A stretch of 64,000 bases of DNA from the NCBI RefSeq assembly GCF_009914755.1, contig NC_060932.1. One strand, given 5' to 3'. The notes beneath the pieces were generated by a model. It had not been told where the DNA came from and searched no databases. It saw only the letters and a program-made list of their open reading frames with translations. The stretch's first letter is position 1. Each line of letters begins with the position of its first letter. Both the position numbers and the translations under genes were made by a program. This document shows, in pieces, positions 13,376 to 27,510 of this stretch. This DNA comes from the human T2T-CHM13v2.0 reference genome, Homo sapiens.

Positions 13376-14008
13376 TATATATGCTGTAGGGGATACATTT
13401 CTCTTTTCAAAATATGTGCTAAAATACAGCAACATCCATGACCTTTTTAGCTGTTCTCAGTTCTAGGAACTTTAGTCACTTCAGAGAATGTCATATTTAT
13501 GTAACTTTGAGACTTTGTTGGTAAATAGTGGTGTTTAACAGTTTTTATTATTTTGATCAAACGAGACAATTGGGATCCTAAATCTCAGGGACCGTCCCTA
13601 GAACAGTTGCTGTATCAAGCTGTGCTGCAGCCTCGTGGCTTTCTGTTTTCTCATGAAATGCACCTCAGGAAGTCAGTGCGCATACTCAGAAACATTTTGA
13701 AACACAAATGCCACATGGGACACCCTTGGATTCACAGGGTTATCTTCCCACTTCAGAGGGAACTATGTGGCTCGTTGATGATTTTTCATCTTTGACTAAA
13801 TTTGCAACATTTTCAGAAATTAAAATTTATATTCTAATGATATTGCTGTTGGATTTCCAAGGAATGTCAAATCTGATAACATCTAGCTAGGTACAATAGC
13901 GCTGACTCTTTTGTTTTAAGATTAATCTCCTCTCAATTTTTTCCAGGAGGGACTTTCAAACATTCCCATTTTCTTTTTAATGTCATTCCTACTAAAGGAA
14001 AACCACTT

Positions 14009-14310
14009 TCTTTTTTTTTTTTTTTTCGACGTAGAGTCTCGCTCTGTTGCTCAGGCTGGGGTGCAGTCGTGTGATCACAGCTCCCTGCAGCCTTGAGCTT
14101 TTGGGCTCAAGTGATCCTCATGCCTCAGCCTCCTGATTAGCTAGGACCACAGGCACCACCACCACGCCCAGCTAATTTTTTGATTTTTTTGTAGAGATGG
14201 GGTTTTACTATGTTGCCCAGGCTGATCTCAAACTCAGGAGCTTAAGCAATCCTCCTGCCTCGGTCTCCCAAAGTGCTGGGACTACAGGCATGAGCCACCG
14301 CACCTGGCCT
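14009..14310 (-). mobile_element. Alu (AluJ-like)
   Basis: Poly-T then full antisense dimer. Confidence 0.92.
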
Positions 14311-14964
14311 GTTTTTATTCTATGATAAGAATCACTTAATTCCAGTCACCTGTGTCTCAGGTAACAGAGGATGGCCACATTGAGGTGACTCAGAGCTGGG
14401 GCAAGCAGACTCAGGCCCATCCGTTCTCGACCTGTTAGGAGAAGGCGGTCCGTTTCAAATGCCCTGCTCAAACAGGGAAACACGGATTCACACTCATTTG
14501 AAGGAACCTGAAGTTCCTCTAACTGTGCAGGAAATTAAAACAAACTGGAATCGTATCTGTCATCTCTGGCCACAGATGCAGAATAGTTATTCCTTATGGT
14601 TGTAAAAGTGAAAGCTCCTTCGCCAAGCTTCTTTCAAGGGGCCGAGAAGACAGAACATCTTCTGCTGTGTCAAATGTTCATACCAGATTTAAACCGTTCA
14701 TCCTATGGAAGCCTTAGTAGATACACTTAGAAATAGCAATACATATATATGAGATAAATTTTTATTTATTTTTGTACTCATCCCCTTTAAAAAGGTGTAA
14801 AGACCAAGGTGGTTAAGTGTGGGTTGAGAGGGATCAGAGGGCACAGTGTTCAGGCCCGTCTCCACGTTGCTTCCTCCTCCCTCTGCCACACTGGAGCTGG
14901 CTGCCCCGGGGACAAAGCCCCCAACTGAGGCCCTCGGTAACTCCCTGGTTGTGCTTCCTTGCAG

Positions 14965-15152
14965 CCGTCCCGTCCCATCCTTATGGGATTACGCTCCTCA
15001 ACTGTGACGGCCACTCCATGACCCTCGGCTGGAAGGTCCCGAAATTCAGTGGTGGCTCGCCCATCCTGGGCTACTACCTGGACAAGCGTGAAGTTCACCA
15101 TAAAAACTGGCACGAGGTCAATTCCTCACCCAGCAAACCGACAATCCTAACG
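14965..15152 (+). CDS. MYOM2: Exon E, first half of FN3 My7 (TVPSHPYG...KPTILT)
   Basis: ccttgcag|CC, ACG|gtcagt; 188 nt, phase 1-0. Confidence 0.96.
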
Positions 15153-16059
15153 GTCAGTTGGTTTTTATTCCTTCGTCTATTTTTGCCTGGGTGGTTCTTT
15201 ACATTTTTGGCAATGTTTCTGCGTTTGATGACATTAGATAATTTGATACAGACGGAAAAATGGATTAAAAAATAGCATCATGAGATCATGAAGTTTTGGA
15301 GCTCAAAAGATCCTAGGAATCATATTCTTTTTCTTTCTGAGAAGCAGTGAAGAAGGGAGCTCAGTGATGGAGTGGGCCTGACAGTGAGTCCATGACCTCT
15401 GGTGTGACCAGCATCTGGTCCCAGTACCTGTGGTAATGTCCCTTGTTCTAGGCTCTGAGGCCTTGAGGGCAGGGACGGAGTCTCACGTGTGTGCCTGAGG
15501 GGAGGGTCACGCTGAGTGTCTGTTTAGGAAGAGAGTAATGTTGGCTCTCTGCTTGTCACCCACCATTTCCCTGAGACATTCTTGTATTTCAGGCCTCCCA
15601 GAGAGTCCCTTGCCTCAGTGCCCCTGGTGCTCAGGTGCAGAGTGTGGCAAGGACATCGACTTGGAGCTCAGAGATCTGGGGTCAGATCCAGACACCCCCT
15701 TGGCAGCCATTGCTCTGTTTCCCTGTCCGGCCCTTGACCCCTCATCTGAGCATAGATGAATGACCCTCATCTCACACTACAGCTACCGTCCGGACCGTGG
15801 GGAGCCACAGACCTCAGGGGAGTCACTTACACTCCAACAGGAGGGCTTTCTTTTTTGGAGAGTGTAAGGCCTTAGAAGATCTAATCTTTGTCTACTAGAA
15901 AATTCTGCCTTATAAATCTATCTCTTTATAATATATGTTAATATTTTATACACATATGATGATATATAGGCAACTTTCTAGTTTGCTGTGACATTATTGA
16001 TATTTTGCCCACGTTCAACCTCTGTTCTGATCCCTTACAATGTCTAAATGTTCTCAACT

Positions 16060-16790
<731 letters not shown>

Positions 16791-17564
16791 CTTTACTCGG
16801 TCCGAGATTCCTGAGAAAAGTACCTGCTTACTTTCTGAGTGCTTCACAGCTAGTCCAGTGAGGAGGATAAACTGAAGCCGTTTATCCTCAGATATCTTAC
16901 TTCGGAAGCTATTTTTTGAGACAGTGTTTACCCAGATAGCGTTTTTGTGCCACAAGCCCGGGGGAGTCGAGGCTCGTAGTGTTGGTCAAAGGCCTCCCTG
17001 GTGCTTTGTCCCCCAGCCAGGCAGCGTCCCTGAGGGCCCGGTGGGTGGCCGCAGACTGCAGCACCCCAGGGACCTGGGCAGCCCGGGGGCTCTTGTCATG
17101 CAGAGTCCAAGTATGGGGGACGTGGTGGGCTCCGTCTCCAGGGTGACCCCCCTTGGGTGCAGGGCAGGGCCCGCTCAGGGGACAGTGTGTGGCCTGAGTG
17201 CCTGTTTCCTCGAAGCCTCCGCCCTTGAGTTGGCCCTGGGCAACCGTCGCCTCTCTGGGCCTCAGTTTCCTTACCTGCCGCTGGGGTATCACCTGTCCCC
17301 TACCCCCGCAGGAGTGGGATTGAGTGAAGGACTCAATCACTTTGGGAAATCACTTTGGGGATTGAGTGAAGGACACGTAAGGTTTCATGCGGCTGCAGCT
17401 CGTTGGCCACATCGAGGTCCTTCCTGAAATATTTGGTCCAATTTCCCGACAAGGTTCCTTCCTCTCATATTTTATTTCACAAGCCAGTTATAACAACTCC
17501 TCCCCCTCAGTGGGCTGTAAGGCATCCTTTATCTCATGTATTAATTTAAACAAAATCTGAATAG

Positions 17565-17691
17565 GTGGACGGCTTGACGGAAGGCTCACTCTACGAGTTC
17601 AAAATCGCCGCCGTCAACCTGGCCGGCATCGGGGAGCCCTCAGATCCCAGTGAGCACTTCAAGTGTGAGGCCTGGACCATGCCGGAGCCCG
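17565..17691 (+). CDS. MYOM2: Exon F, second half of FN3 My7 (VDGLTEGSLYEF...TMPEP)
   Basis: tgaatag|GTG, CCG|gtgagt; 127 nt, phase 0-1. Confidence 0.95.
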
Positions 17692-18096
17692 GTGAGTCGC
17701 TGCCCCCAGGACACCCGCGTTCCAGCGCACAGGCTGGCTGGGAAGGGGCCTCTGTGGGTGCGACTCTGGACTCGCCAGCCTTCACAGCGTGTCTGTTCCT
17801 CCGACACCCGCAGCTGCAGAGCCACCGTGTGCCAGGCGCCGTGCAGGGCTGTGAATCAGGCAGACCCAGCATCTAGTTTGGGCTGTGCGTGGTCCAGAGG
17901 CCAGTGATGAGGGCAGAGTAGGAGGCCCTGAGGGTGAGGTGGGAGGGAGCACAGGAGGACCCAGACTGTGGGGAGAGGGACAGCTTCCCATGCATCCCCT
18001 GACCTATGACACGGATTTGGCCCAGGTCACCTACCCCAAAGGAGCAGGCAGAGAGGGTCACAGGTGGAGGAGAAGGTGCGAGCCCCGGACCCAGCT

Positions 18097-18238
18097 GGGA
18101 GGCGCGACAGGGTTCTCATTCGTGGGTTAGCTCCTGCAGTCCTCTCAGGCCATCTGGGGATCTCAGGGGAGGCACGACAGGGTTCTCATTCGTGGGTTAG
18201 CTCCTGCTGTCCTCTCAGGCCATCTGGGGATCTTGGGG
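18097..18238. repeat. Tandem duplication, 2 x 70 bp
   Basis: gggaggcRcgacagggttctcattcgtgggttagctcctgc...catctggggatct at offset 70. Confidence 0.93.
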
Positions 18239-18298
18239 CTTCTGCTTCTAAAAGGCATCATTGTTGCAGACCTGCATTTATTTAGCTCGCACTCTACT

Positions 18299-18432
18299 GG
18301 TTTTTTGTTTTGAGATGAGGTCTCTCTATGTTGCCCAGGCTGGTCTTGAACTCCTGGGCTCAAGCCATCTTCCTGCCTCAGCCTTATGAGTAGCTGGGGC
18401 CACAGGTTCATGTCACCATGCCCTGCTAACAT
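18299..18432 (-). mobile_element. Alu monomer / FLAM
   Basis: tgagatgaggtctctctatgttgcccaggctggtcttgaactcctgggctcaag. Confidence 0.8.
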
Positions 18433-18688
18433 TTTCTCTCTGTTTTCAAAAGTTCTCAAGTACCAGACCTTGATTTCTTTGTCTCTAACCTATCAGGAAT
18501 TAAGTGCAATGGATAATATGCTCATACTTTGAGAAAGTAAATCCTGAAAGTTGAAGCTGAAAAAGTTCAAAGTTCAGAGTGTTTTCCAATGTTATGGCCA
18601 GAGTATACTGCCTTTTTCCTTTTAGTCAGCGTCTTTTGACTTAGCAAATCAGCTGCTAAGAAGCCAGATGAATAAGCCAATTAGAAAA

Positions 18689-18915
18689 TTCCTTCCTTCC
18701 TTCTTTCCTTCCTTCCTTCCTTCTTTCTTTCCTTCCTTCCTTCTTTCCTTCCTTCCTTCCTTCTTTCCTTCCTTCCTTTCCTTCCTTCCTTCCTTCTTTC
18801 CTTCCTTCCTTCCTTCCTTCCTTCCTTCCTTCCTTCCTTCCTTCCTTCCTTCCTTCCTTCCTTCCTTCCCTCCCTGCCTCCCGCCTTCTTTCCTGCCTTC
18901 CTACCTTTCTTCTTT
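18689..18915. repeat. (CCTT)n / (TTTC)n polypyrimidine microsatellite
   Basis: About 225 nt almost free of purines. Confidence 0.97.
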
Positions 18916-19555
18916 TAATGAAATTAAATTTTGGACCTTAGAAAACCAACAGAAGAAAAAAGTCATTCTAGTTTCCCGAGCCTCTTTTGAGGGTTGATAG
19001 GAGATGGCCTCTCAAGGCTCAAGGCCACAGTGAGACTAGCTGAAGATGGGGCGGGGCTGCCTCTCTGTTTCCCTGCACCGCTTGGTGCTTGCCTGGACCT
19101 GGGCCTCCGCACCACATGCCCTCAGAGTTGCCGCGGGTGTTCGTAGAGGACATGGCTGCAGTGATGTGCTTCCGGCCAGGTAGGCAGGCTCCCTGAGTGA
19201 CTGTGACTGCCAGGTGTCCAGCCCCGTGGAGGGTAACTTGAGAACCTGTCCTTTCCCGCACACCGTTCCTCTCTGTGATCGCATCTGCTGGTCCCGAGAA
19301 TGCAGTGTGGACTTCTGAATGATTCTACGTAGATCCACGTAGGCTGGGCCCTCCTCCCTGACCCCCAACGTCATGCTGAGCACCCTCCTTACCCTGCTCT
19401 GCAAGAGGGGCTGATAAACATCAGATGGGGAACAGATACGGATGGTCCTGGTGGGGGGCTTCCCAGAGGAGCAGTGGGTCCCCGGGGCTGGGTTGGGCGG
19501 TGGGTGTGCTGGACTGGCTATGCGCGCAGCAACAAGGTGGCATCTGACTTCACAG

Positions 19556-19734
19556 GTCCTGCCTACGACTTGACGTTCTGTGAGGTCAGGGACACGTCCT
19601 TGGTCATGCTGTGGAAGGCCCCTGTGTACTCCGGCAGCAGCCCTGTTTCTGGATATTTCGTGGACTTCAGGGAGGAGGATGCTGGAGAGTGGATCACTGT
19701 CAATCAGACGACAACAGCCAACCGTTATTTAAAG
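19556..19734 (+). CDS. MYOM2: Exon G, first half of FN3 My8 (GPAYDLTF...ANRYLK)
   Basis: ttcacag|GT, AAG|gtaagt; 179 nt, phase 1-0. Confidence 0.96.
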
Positions 19735-19743
19735 GTAAGTCTT

Positions 19744-20352
<609 letters not shown>

Positions 20353-21346
20353 TTAATTGTCTGTTCATGGGCTATGTCTGTGTGCTTTCCAAAGGGATGG
20401 TGCCTATTGTATTATGTCCTTCCACTTCACGCCGGGCATTTAATTTACTTAATTCATGTGATCGCTAAAGTCCATTTGATAAGCACCACACACAGATATA
20501 CACACAGTTTTCATACATGGAGCAAAACTATCATGTGTGACTTCCTCCAGCCTCTCTTTCTCCAAATGTTTCTGTTTTTAGCACTTGCGGTTCCTCAGTG
20601 ACTGGGTCAGGTGTAAGGACTGAGCCCCAGGAGGCCTACATGCTCCAGCTGAGTTGCCAACTGCCTTAACCCAGAGGTTTTCTTCTCTGGGTGCTGGGCC
20701 CTGTGGTGGGGTGGGCCTGCTTCCTTCCCTAAAGCACAGCCACGTCTGGGTCCGGCACCTGAGCACAGGCTGAGAGGGCCTTCCACGGGTGACACCTTCC
20801 GGAAACCCTTTGATGACAGGAAACAGCCAGTGTCTTTAGAATGAATGAGTCAGCTTCTAAGAATCAGCTACATAAATCAACTAGAAGCTTAGTAAATATA
20901 TATAGATGTTTATCCAAGCAGGTTTTAATAAGAATAACCCATGTATGTACAAGTAGAGATGGATTTAATTCTGATGCCCCAATGATGACTTTACACAGTT
21001 AAATATCACACTTAAAATAGTATTTGGTTCCACAGAATTATGTTAAATATAAACACCAGATTATAAACTAGTCAGTATGATTTTACTTCTGCTTTAAAAT
21101 ATGCAGAGATAAAAAAATGAAAGAGGTTCCATCAGATTGGGAGCGAATGCGTTTATTCCTCCAAAGTCACATTCTGCACCACTGTGAATCTCCTCTTCCC
21201 TCCTTTTCTAACTCATTAAGTATCATTTTCCTAACTGGAAAAATAAGCTATTTTTGAAAAGGCCCTATTCACAATAAAATGTGAAAAACTCCACAGTCAT
21301 CTTTATTTTACCTCCACACATCTGGTGTTTCCTCTGTTGTTTCAAG

Positions 21347-21461
21347 GTCTCTGACCTGCAGCAAGGTAAGACCTATGTCTTCAGGGTCCGGGCAGTCAAT
21401 GCAAATGGCGTGGGGAAGCCCTCAGACACGTCGGAGCCTGTGCTGGTAGAGGCGAGACCAG
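21347..21461 (+). CDS. MYOM2: Exon H, second half of FN3 My8 (VSDLQQGKTYVF...VEARP)
   Basis: tttcaag|GTC, CAG|gtaagg; 115 nt, phase 0-1. Confidence 0.96.
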
Positions 21462-21499
21462 GTAAGGCTTACAACAAAAACTACAAAACAGCAATGATT

Positions 21500-22620
21500 T
21501 GTGGGGAGAGTGTGCATGTATTATGGATGTATGGATGAGGGTGTGTGGATAAATGAGTGGGAGAGTGAACACGTGTTATGTGTGTATGTGTGGATGGGTC
21601 TGTAGATAAATGAATGGGAGAGTGTGCATGTGTTACGTGTACATGTATGTATGGGTATGTGGATAAATGTATGGGAGAGTGTGCATGGATTATGTGTTTA
21701 TGCATGGGTGTCTGAATAAATGAGTGGGAGAGTGTGCATGTATTATGTGTGGATGTGTGGATGGGTGTATGGATAAATGCATGTATTATGTGTTCATGTA
21801 TGGGTGGGTGGGTGTGTGTGTAAATGAATGGGAGATTGCGCATGTATTGTGTGTATGGATGGACGGGTGTGTGGATAAATGAGTGGGAGAGTGTGCATGT
21901 TTTATGTGTATATGTGTATATGGATAAATGAGTGAGAGAGTGTGCATGTATTATGTGTATATGTGTATGTATGTATGGGTAAATGGATAAATGAGTGGGA
22001 GAGTGTACATATATTATGTGCATATGTGTATGTATGGATGGGTGTATGGATAAATGAGTGGGAGAGCGTGCATGTGTTATGTGTTTATGTGTATGTATGT
22101 ATAGGTATATGGATAAATGAGTGGGAGAGTGTGCATGTGTTATGTGTATATGTGTATGTATGGATGGGTATATGAATAAATGAGTGGGAGAGTGTGCATG
22201 TATTCTGTGTATATGTGTATGTATGGATGGGTGTATGGATAAATGAGTGGGAGAGTGTGCATGTATTATGTGTATATGTGTATATATGTAGAGGTGTATG
22301 GATAAATGAGTGGGAGAGCGTGCATGTATTATGTGTATATGTGTATGTATGTAGAGGTATATGGATAAATGAGTGGGAGAGTGTGCATGTATTAGTGTAT
22401 ATGTGTATGTATGGATGGGTGTATGGATAAATGAGTGGGAGAGCATGCATGTGTTATGTGTTTATGTGTATGTATGTATAGGTATATGGATAAATGAGTG
22501 GGAGAGTGTGCATATATTATGTGTATATGTGTATGTATGTACAGGTATATGGATAAATGAGTGGGAGATAGTGCATGTGTTATGTGTGCATGTATGGATG
22601 GGTGTACGGATAAATGAACG
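21500..22620. repeat. TG-rich minisatellite, unit 63 bp in the 3' part and shorter in the 5' part, about 19 copies
   Basis: Recurring GGATAAATGAGTGGGAGAGTGTGCATGT anchor; exact 63-nt spacing between 22069 and 22384. Confidence 0.96.
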
Positions 22621-22999
22621 GATGTCTTGCCGTTATTTTAAAAAGATTTGGATGGCAAATGAAGTATGCAATTAAATCTCTGCCTGTGCACTAATGGCCC
22701 TGGATGAGAAGGAGAGCACTTTGGGTCATCTTCATGCTTGGCAGGGGTTGTTCTTCGAATCGTCAAGCCACGTGCAGGAAGGAGGGCATTTTTTAAATAT
22801 TACTGCTGGATTTTTATCAGAAAATTTTAAAAAGCTGTTGGTAATTTTCTTGATTTCAACGAATAAAAGTTCCCTGGAGTCAACCTAAAAAGGGCAAATA
22901 CTTCTGAAGGCAGGACACACACTCATAGGATACACAGTCTATTTTGTGTTGCTGTAACAGAACACCGAGGCTGGGTAATTGTTTTTAAAAGTTTATTGG

Positions 23000-23340
<341 letters not shown>

Positions 23341-23614
23341 CTAAGAAGCACAGTGCCGGGATCTGCTGTGGTGGCTCCGGCAGCTCTGGTGGCTCCGGTG
23401 AGGGCCTCCCGCTGCCCCACAACATGGTAGAGAACTGGGTGTGTGCGGAAACGGACCCAGCATGGGAGGCAGCCTTGCTTTATAACATTTACTCTCACTG
23501 GAACTACTCCATTCCAGTTTAACCAACCAGCAGCCGTGGTTATTAGCAAGAATCTACCCAGTCTTTCCAGAAAGACACGAGTCTATCTTAACGACCTAAT
23601 CACCTCTTTTAAAA

Positions 23615-23756
23615 AGAATTTTTATTATTCTGTTTTTTATAGAGACAGGATCTCACTATGTTGCCCAGGCTGGTCTTGAACTCCTGAGCTCAAGCGATCC
23701 TCTGGCCTCGGCCTCCCAAAGTGCTGGGATTACAGGCATGAGTGCTGCCCCCAGTC
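23615..23756 (-). mobile_element. FLAM / Alu monomer
   Basis: tagagacaggatctcactatgttgcccagg...cccaaagtgctgggattacaggcatgag. Confidence 0.82.
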
Positions 23757-24507
23757 ATTAATCACTTCTTAAAGGCTCCACCTCCCAACACCGTTGCACT
23801 GGCTTTTACATTTCAATGTGAGTTTTGAGGGGATCATCCACATCCAAACCACAGCCCCAGAGTGTGACCTGAGTGTCAGGAAGCAGTGCAGCCTCAGACT
23901 GTAAAGATCCTGATGGCTGTCTGTGGTGGCCTCTTCATCTCACCCTGCCACCTGGCTTTCCTTGCATCTGTGTCTTCTTCATAACCCGAGAGCACTGACA
24001 CTTCATGGCCTCAGTTCCACTCACCAGCAGAGGCTGAGATGTGTCTCGTCCAATTCCTAATTCCTACGACATAGATTCTGCCTTGCACACGGCCAGATGT
24101 TCACCTGGGTCAAAAAGTAGCAAATAAACCACAAACAACCCCTACTCCCAAACAAGACAAGGCAAGGCCCCATGGAGAAGGCAGAGCTGTGTGAAGGGGG
24201 AGCTTCATGGTGGGCACATGGCTGCTGGGCTTCCCCTGAGGGTCAGAGAAGGAGATTCCAGAGAGAACAGGATCTTCAGGGCCTGGAGAGGCAGCCCTAA
24301 GAGGTTTTCTGCAGTTGTATGAGATGCAGGGAAGGACGTGTGCAGAAATATGGTAAATTAAAAAAAATTAGCAACAACAAAACAACCAAGCCCCTCCAGG
24401 TCCTCCCTAAAGTGTTTTCTCTCTCACGATTCTCTCATCAGTCCTGGGTCATTAAATGCAACTGATGATTTGGTGTAAGATGAGGTCTCTGCATTGGGTA
24501 CCCCCTC

Positions 24508-24851
24508 GGCATTAGTCCGTTCTCACGCTGGTATGAAGAAATATCTGAGACTGGGTGACTTATAAAGAAAAGAGGTTTAATTGACTGACAGTCCTTCGTG
24601 GCTGGGGAGGCCTCAGGAAACTTACAGTCATGGCAGAGGGCACTTCTTCACAGGGCGGCAGGACAGAGTGAGTGCCAGCAGGGGGAATGCCAGGTGCTTC
24701 TAAAACCATCAGATCTCATAAGACTCAGTCACTATCATGAGGACAGCATGGGGGAAACCACCCCCGTGATCCAATCACCTCACTCCCTCTACACTTGGGG
24801 ATTACAATTTGAGATGAGATTTGGGTGTGGACGCGGAGCCAAACCATATCA
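24508..24851 (-). mobile_element. MaLR solo LTR (THE1/MST-like)
   Basis: Starts attagtccgttctcac, has ggggaggcctcaggaaacttacagtcatggc, ends gccaaaccatatca (reverse of TGATATGGTTTGGC). Confidence 0.9.
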
Positions 24852-24921
24852 CCCTCTCCCAAAAGAGAGTTGAAAGAACACCGTGTCCCTAAGCCGCTCA
24901 CTTCATACTCTTCTTATGCAG

Positions 24922-25078
24922 GCACCAAGGAAATCAGTGCTGGTGTCGATGAACAAGGCAACATCTATCTGGGCTTCGACTGCCAGGAAATGACAGACGC
25001 GTCTCAGTTCACCTGGTGTAAATCCTACGAGGAGATTTCAGATGATGAGAGGTTTAAAATTGAAACCGTGGGGGATCA
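24922..25078 (+). CDS. MYOM2: Exon I, Ig My9 part 1 (GTKEISAGVD...ETVGD)
   Basis: ttatgcag|GC, TCA|gtaagt; 157 nt, phase 1-2. Confidence 0.96.
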
Positions 25079-25170
25079 GTAAGTGAGGCCTGGAAGTTGG
25101 ATACTGGAAACTTTTAGAAGTTCCTGCAAACAGAAATGATCGACATTCACCTACTCTTCTTCCTTTTTAG

Positions 25171-25277
25171 CTCCAAGCTGTACTTAAAGAATCCGGATAA
25201 GGAGGATTTAGGGACTTACTCCGTGTCTGTAAGTGATACAGACGGAGTGTCCTCCAGTTTTGTTCTGGACCCAGAAG
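25171..25277 (+). CDS. MYOM2: Exon J, Ig My9 part 2 (HSKLYLKNPD...VLDPE)
   Basis: tttttag|C, AAG|gtaata; 107 nt, phase 2-1; D.G.Y Ig motif; preceded by a 92-nt intron. Confidence 0.96.
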
Positions 25278-27465
25278 GTAATATTTATATGGCAGAACCT
25301 TGCCTGTTTTGGTTTTATCACACTTTCAAAGATTGACACCAACATAGAAAAGACTTACTTGCTTAGAAAAAAGACGTATGTTTGCAGGAGGCTGGCGGTG
25401 GGGGCTATGTATATAAGCCAAAACTTGCTTTAGAAATTAAACAAACTCTAAAGTTTATACTGTTTCCACCAAGTAGTCTCTGGTCCTGATATATTGCTTG
25501 TATAGCCTTCAATTTGTACTTTTAAAGTTGAGTCTTAGCCACATTTTAATAGTTTGGTATGCAGAGGGTAACATATTAACTAAGAAATCCATGAAATTAA
25601 TGAGAGACCTACGGGTGGAAGAGTCTTCCCTTCCTTCCAACACTGAGAAATCAGATGATCAAAGAAAAATTTTTTTATGCATGTAAAATAATTTTAACTG
25701 ACGAAGTGAAAATCTGCTGCTGTGTTACCCATGGAAGACGGCAGAGAGAAGTGAGAAAAGTCTGTTTAGTGATCAAGGGGAAAAACAATAGTTTTCTTAG
25801 ATAGGTTCACAGGTCTGAGTTCACCAGGCACACAGTCTCATGCAGGCAGGGCTGATTTTTTTAAACTGCCTAGCATCACGTGTATTTGTGTGGCCCGTCA
25901 TCTACCCCACCCACAGGACAGCGTCAGCCTTAGACATTTTTAAACGAAGGGGCAGTGGTGCAGCGTGAACTCGTAGGGCTGGATGGTATCCTCAGATTTC
26001 TGGGTTTCTTTGGGTGTCTAAGGCATTTGAATTTCCAAAAGTTTTCTATTAAAGTGCTCTCCAGGGATGGCATAAATGATCTCCAGGGGAGTCCTAAGGT
26101 TTACAAGCAGATCCTTTAGTTATCAATCACTGTCCTGGTTGATATCATGCAGAGGCTGTGATCTGAGAACATCCGACCCAGGATCGGTGCTGTGGGCTGG
26201 GCAGGAGGATGGGCAGGTATCCACGGAGGGGGAAGCCAGAATCACACTCTCGGCTTCTCGAGTGTGCAGGTTTGGCTCAATGTTGGTGAAATTCAGGAAA
26301 ACTCATGCACATTTAACAAGACACAGGCAGACAAATGAGGAGGCCGCACTGTCTCGCCTTTCTGGGGTCCTCAGTTCACCACTCACAGGCAGGGTGGGGA
26401 AGGACCCAAAATCCATTTGCATGCTTTTAAAGCAGCCTCTGTTGGCCCTGCCTCCAGGGTCTTGACACAGTTTTGTACCTTCACGACATCCTGAAGGACT
26501 TCTGAAAAGCTGTGCATTCCTCTGCACCATTTCAAAGTTTCCATCTTAATTTTAACTTTTTTAAATACTTGCAAAAGAAAAAATTCCACCTTCTCTTATA
26601 TTGTGTATAGACTTCAAATATATTTGAGGTAAAACTTTGCAGTTGAAGATTTAGTTCATTCCATGTATGGAAATTCCTACCAGAAGGTTGAACTGGGAAA
26701 GCCAGTCCTCCCTGTGAAACCAGTTGCCAATATGAATTTACTTTTGGGCAGAAAAATCTAACTTCATTTTTCCATTTTGAATAGACATGTTCTTGAAGGC
26801 CTTGGAGATCACCATCTTCTTTCTGATTCTAATTTTAAGAAGGAAGGAGAGAAAATGAAGTGGCTTAGAGCCCAGATTTTCTTACCTTGCTCTTGAGACT
26901 TTCTCAGGAATGCAAAATGCAGTGTATTTTGTTTATTTATTTATTTTTTTTGTTATTTTCTTCTTTCCTTTTTTTTTTTTAAATTCATGGTAATACACTA
27001 TAGTGATGAAATGAGCGGTGTGTATATCTTTCTTTAATGAGATTGAAGAAGGACATCTTGAGAGGGGAAGGAAAGTCACAGGCCAGAAGCACGTTCTCAG
27101 CCAGTGCAATCAATTTTAGGAAAGAGCTCACATTAAGTGCAAGGATCTGGAAAAGACTCCCTTTAACCTTTCGTCTTCCAAGTCTTCCTATATTCCAGGG
27201 ATATACCTACCCCTGCCCCCAATTCCTTTGTCCCCATGACTGTGCCCTGCCTTGTCCTCAGCTGCCCCTGTACTAGGTGGGTTCTTTAAATGGTGAAGGT
27301 TAAAGCTATCCTCTATGTCCCTCAGACTTGTAGTTTAAATTCCTTTCGTGTCCTCCAATTAAATCCTGGGGGTTTCCAATCTTGCTCGTGTGTCGCCTTG
27401 CTGTTGTCTACAAACTTCTCTAGGTGCAGGTCCAGATGAATTGAAATACTTTTTCTTCGTTTTAG

Positions 27466-27510
27466 AGCTCGAGCGTTTGATGGCATTGAGCAATGAAATA
27501 AAGAACCCCA
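27466..27510 (+). CDS. MYOM2: Exon K, 45-nt mini-exon, helix after My9 (ELERLMALSNEIKNP)
   Basis: gttttag|AG, CCA|gtaagt; phase 1-1; not in the ORF track, read by hand. Confidence 0.94.

Noticed and set aside
12796-14964. Hidden EH-segment-like alternative exon as in MYOM1
   Set aside because: No suitable phase 1-1 open exon seen by eye; the intron is largely two Alus. Not exhaustively excluded.
21481-22446. 321-aa His-rich minus-strand ORF
   Set aside because: Product of the 63-bp repeat, whose unit is a multiple of three and lacks stops on that strand
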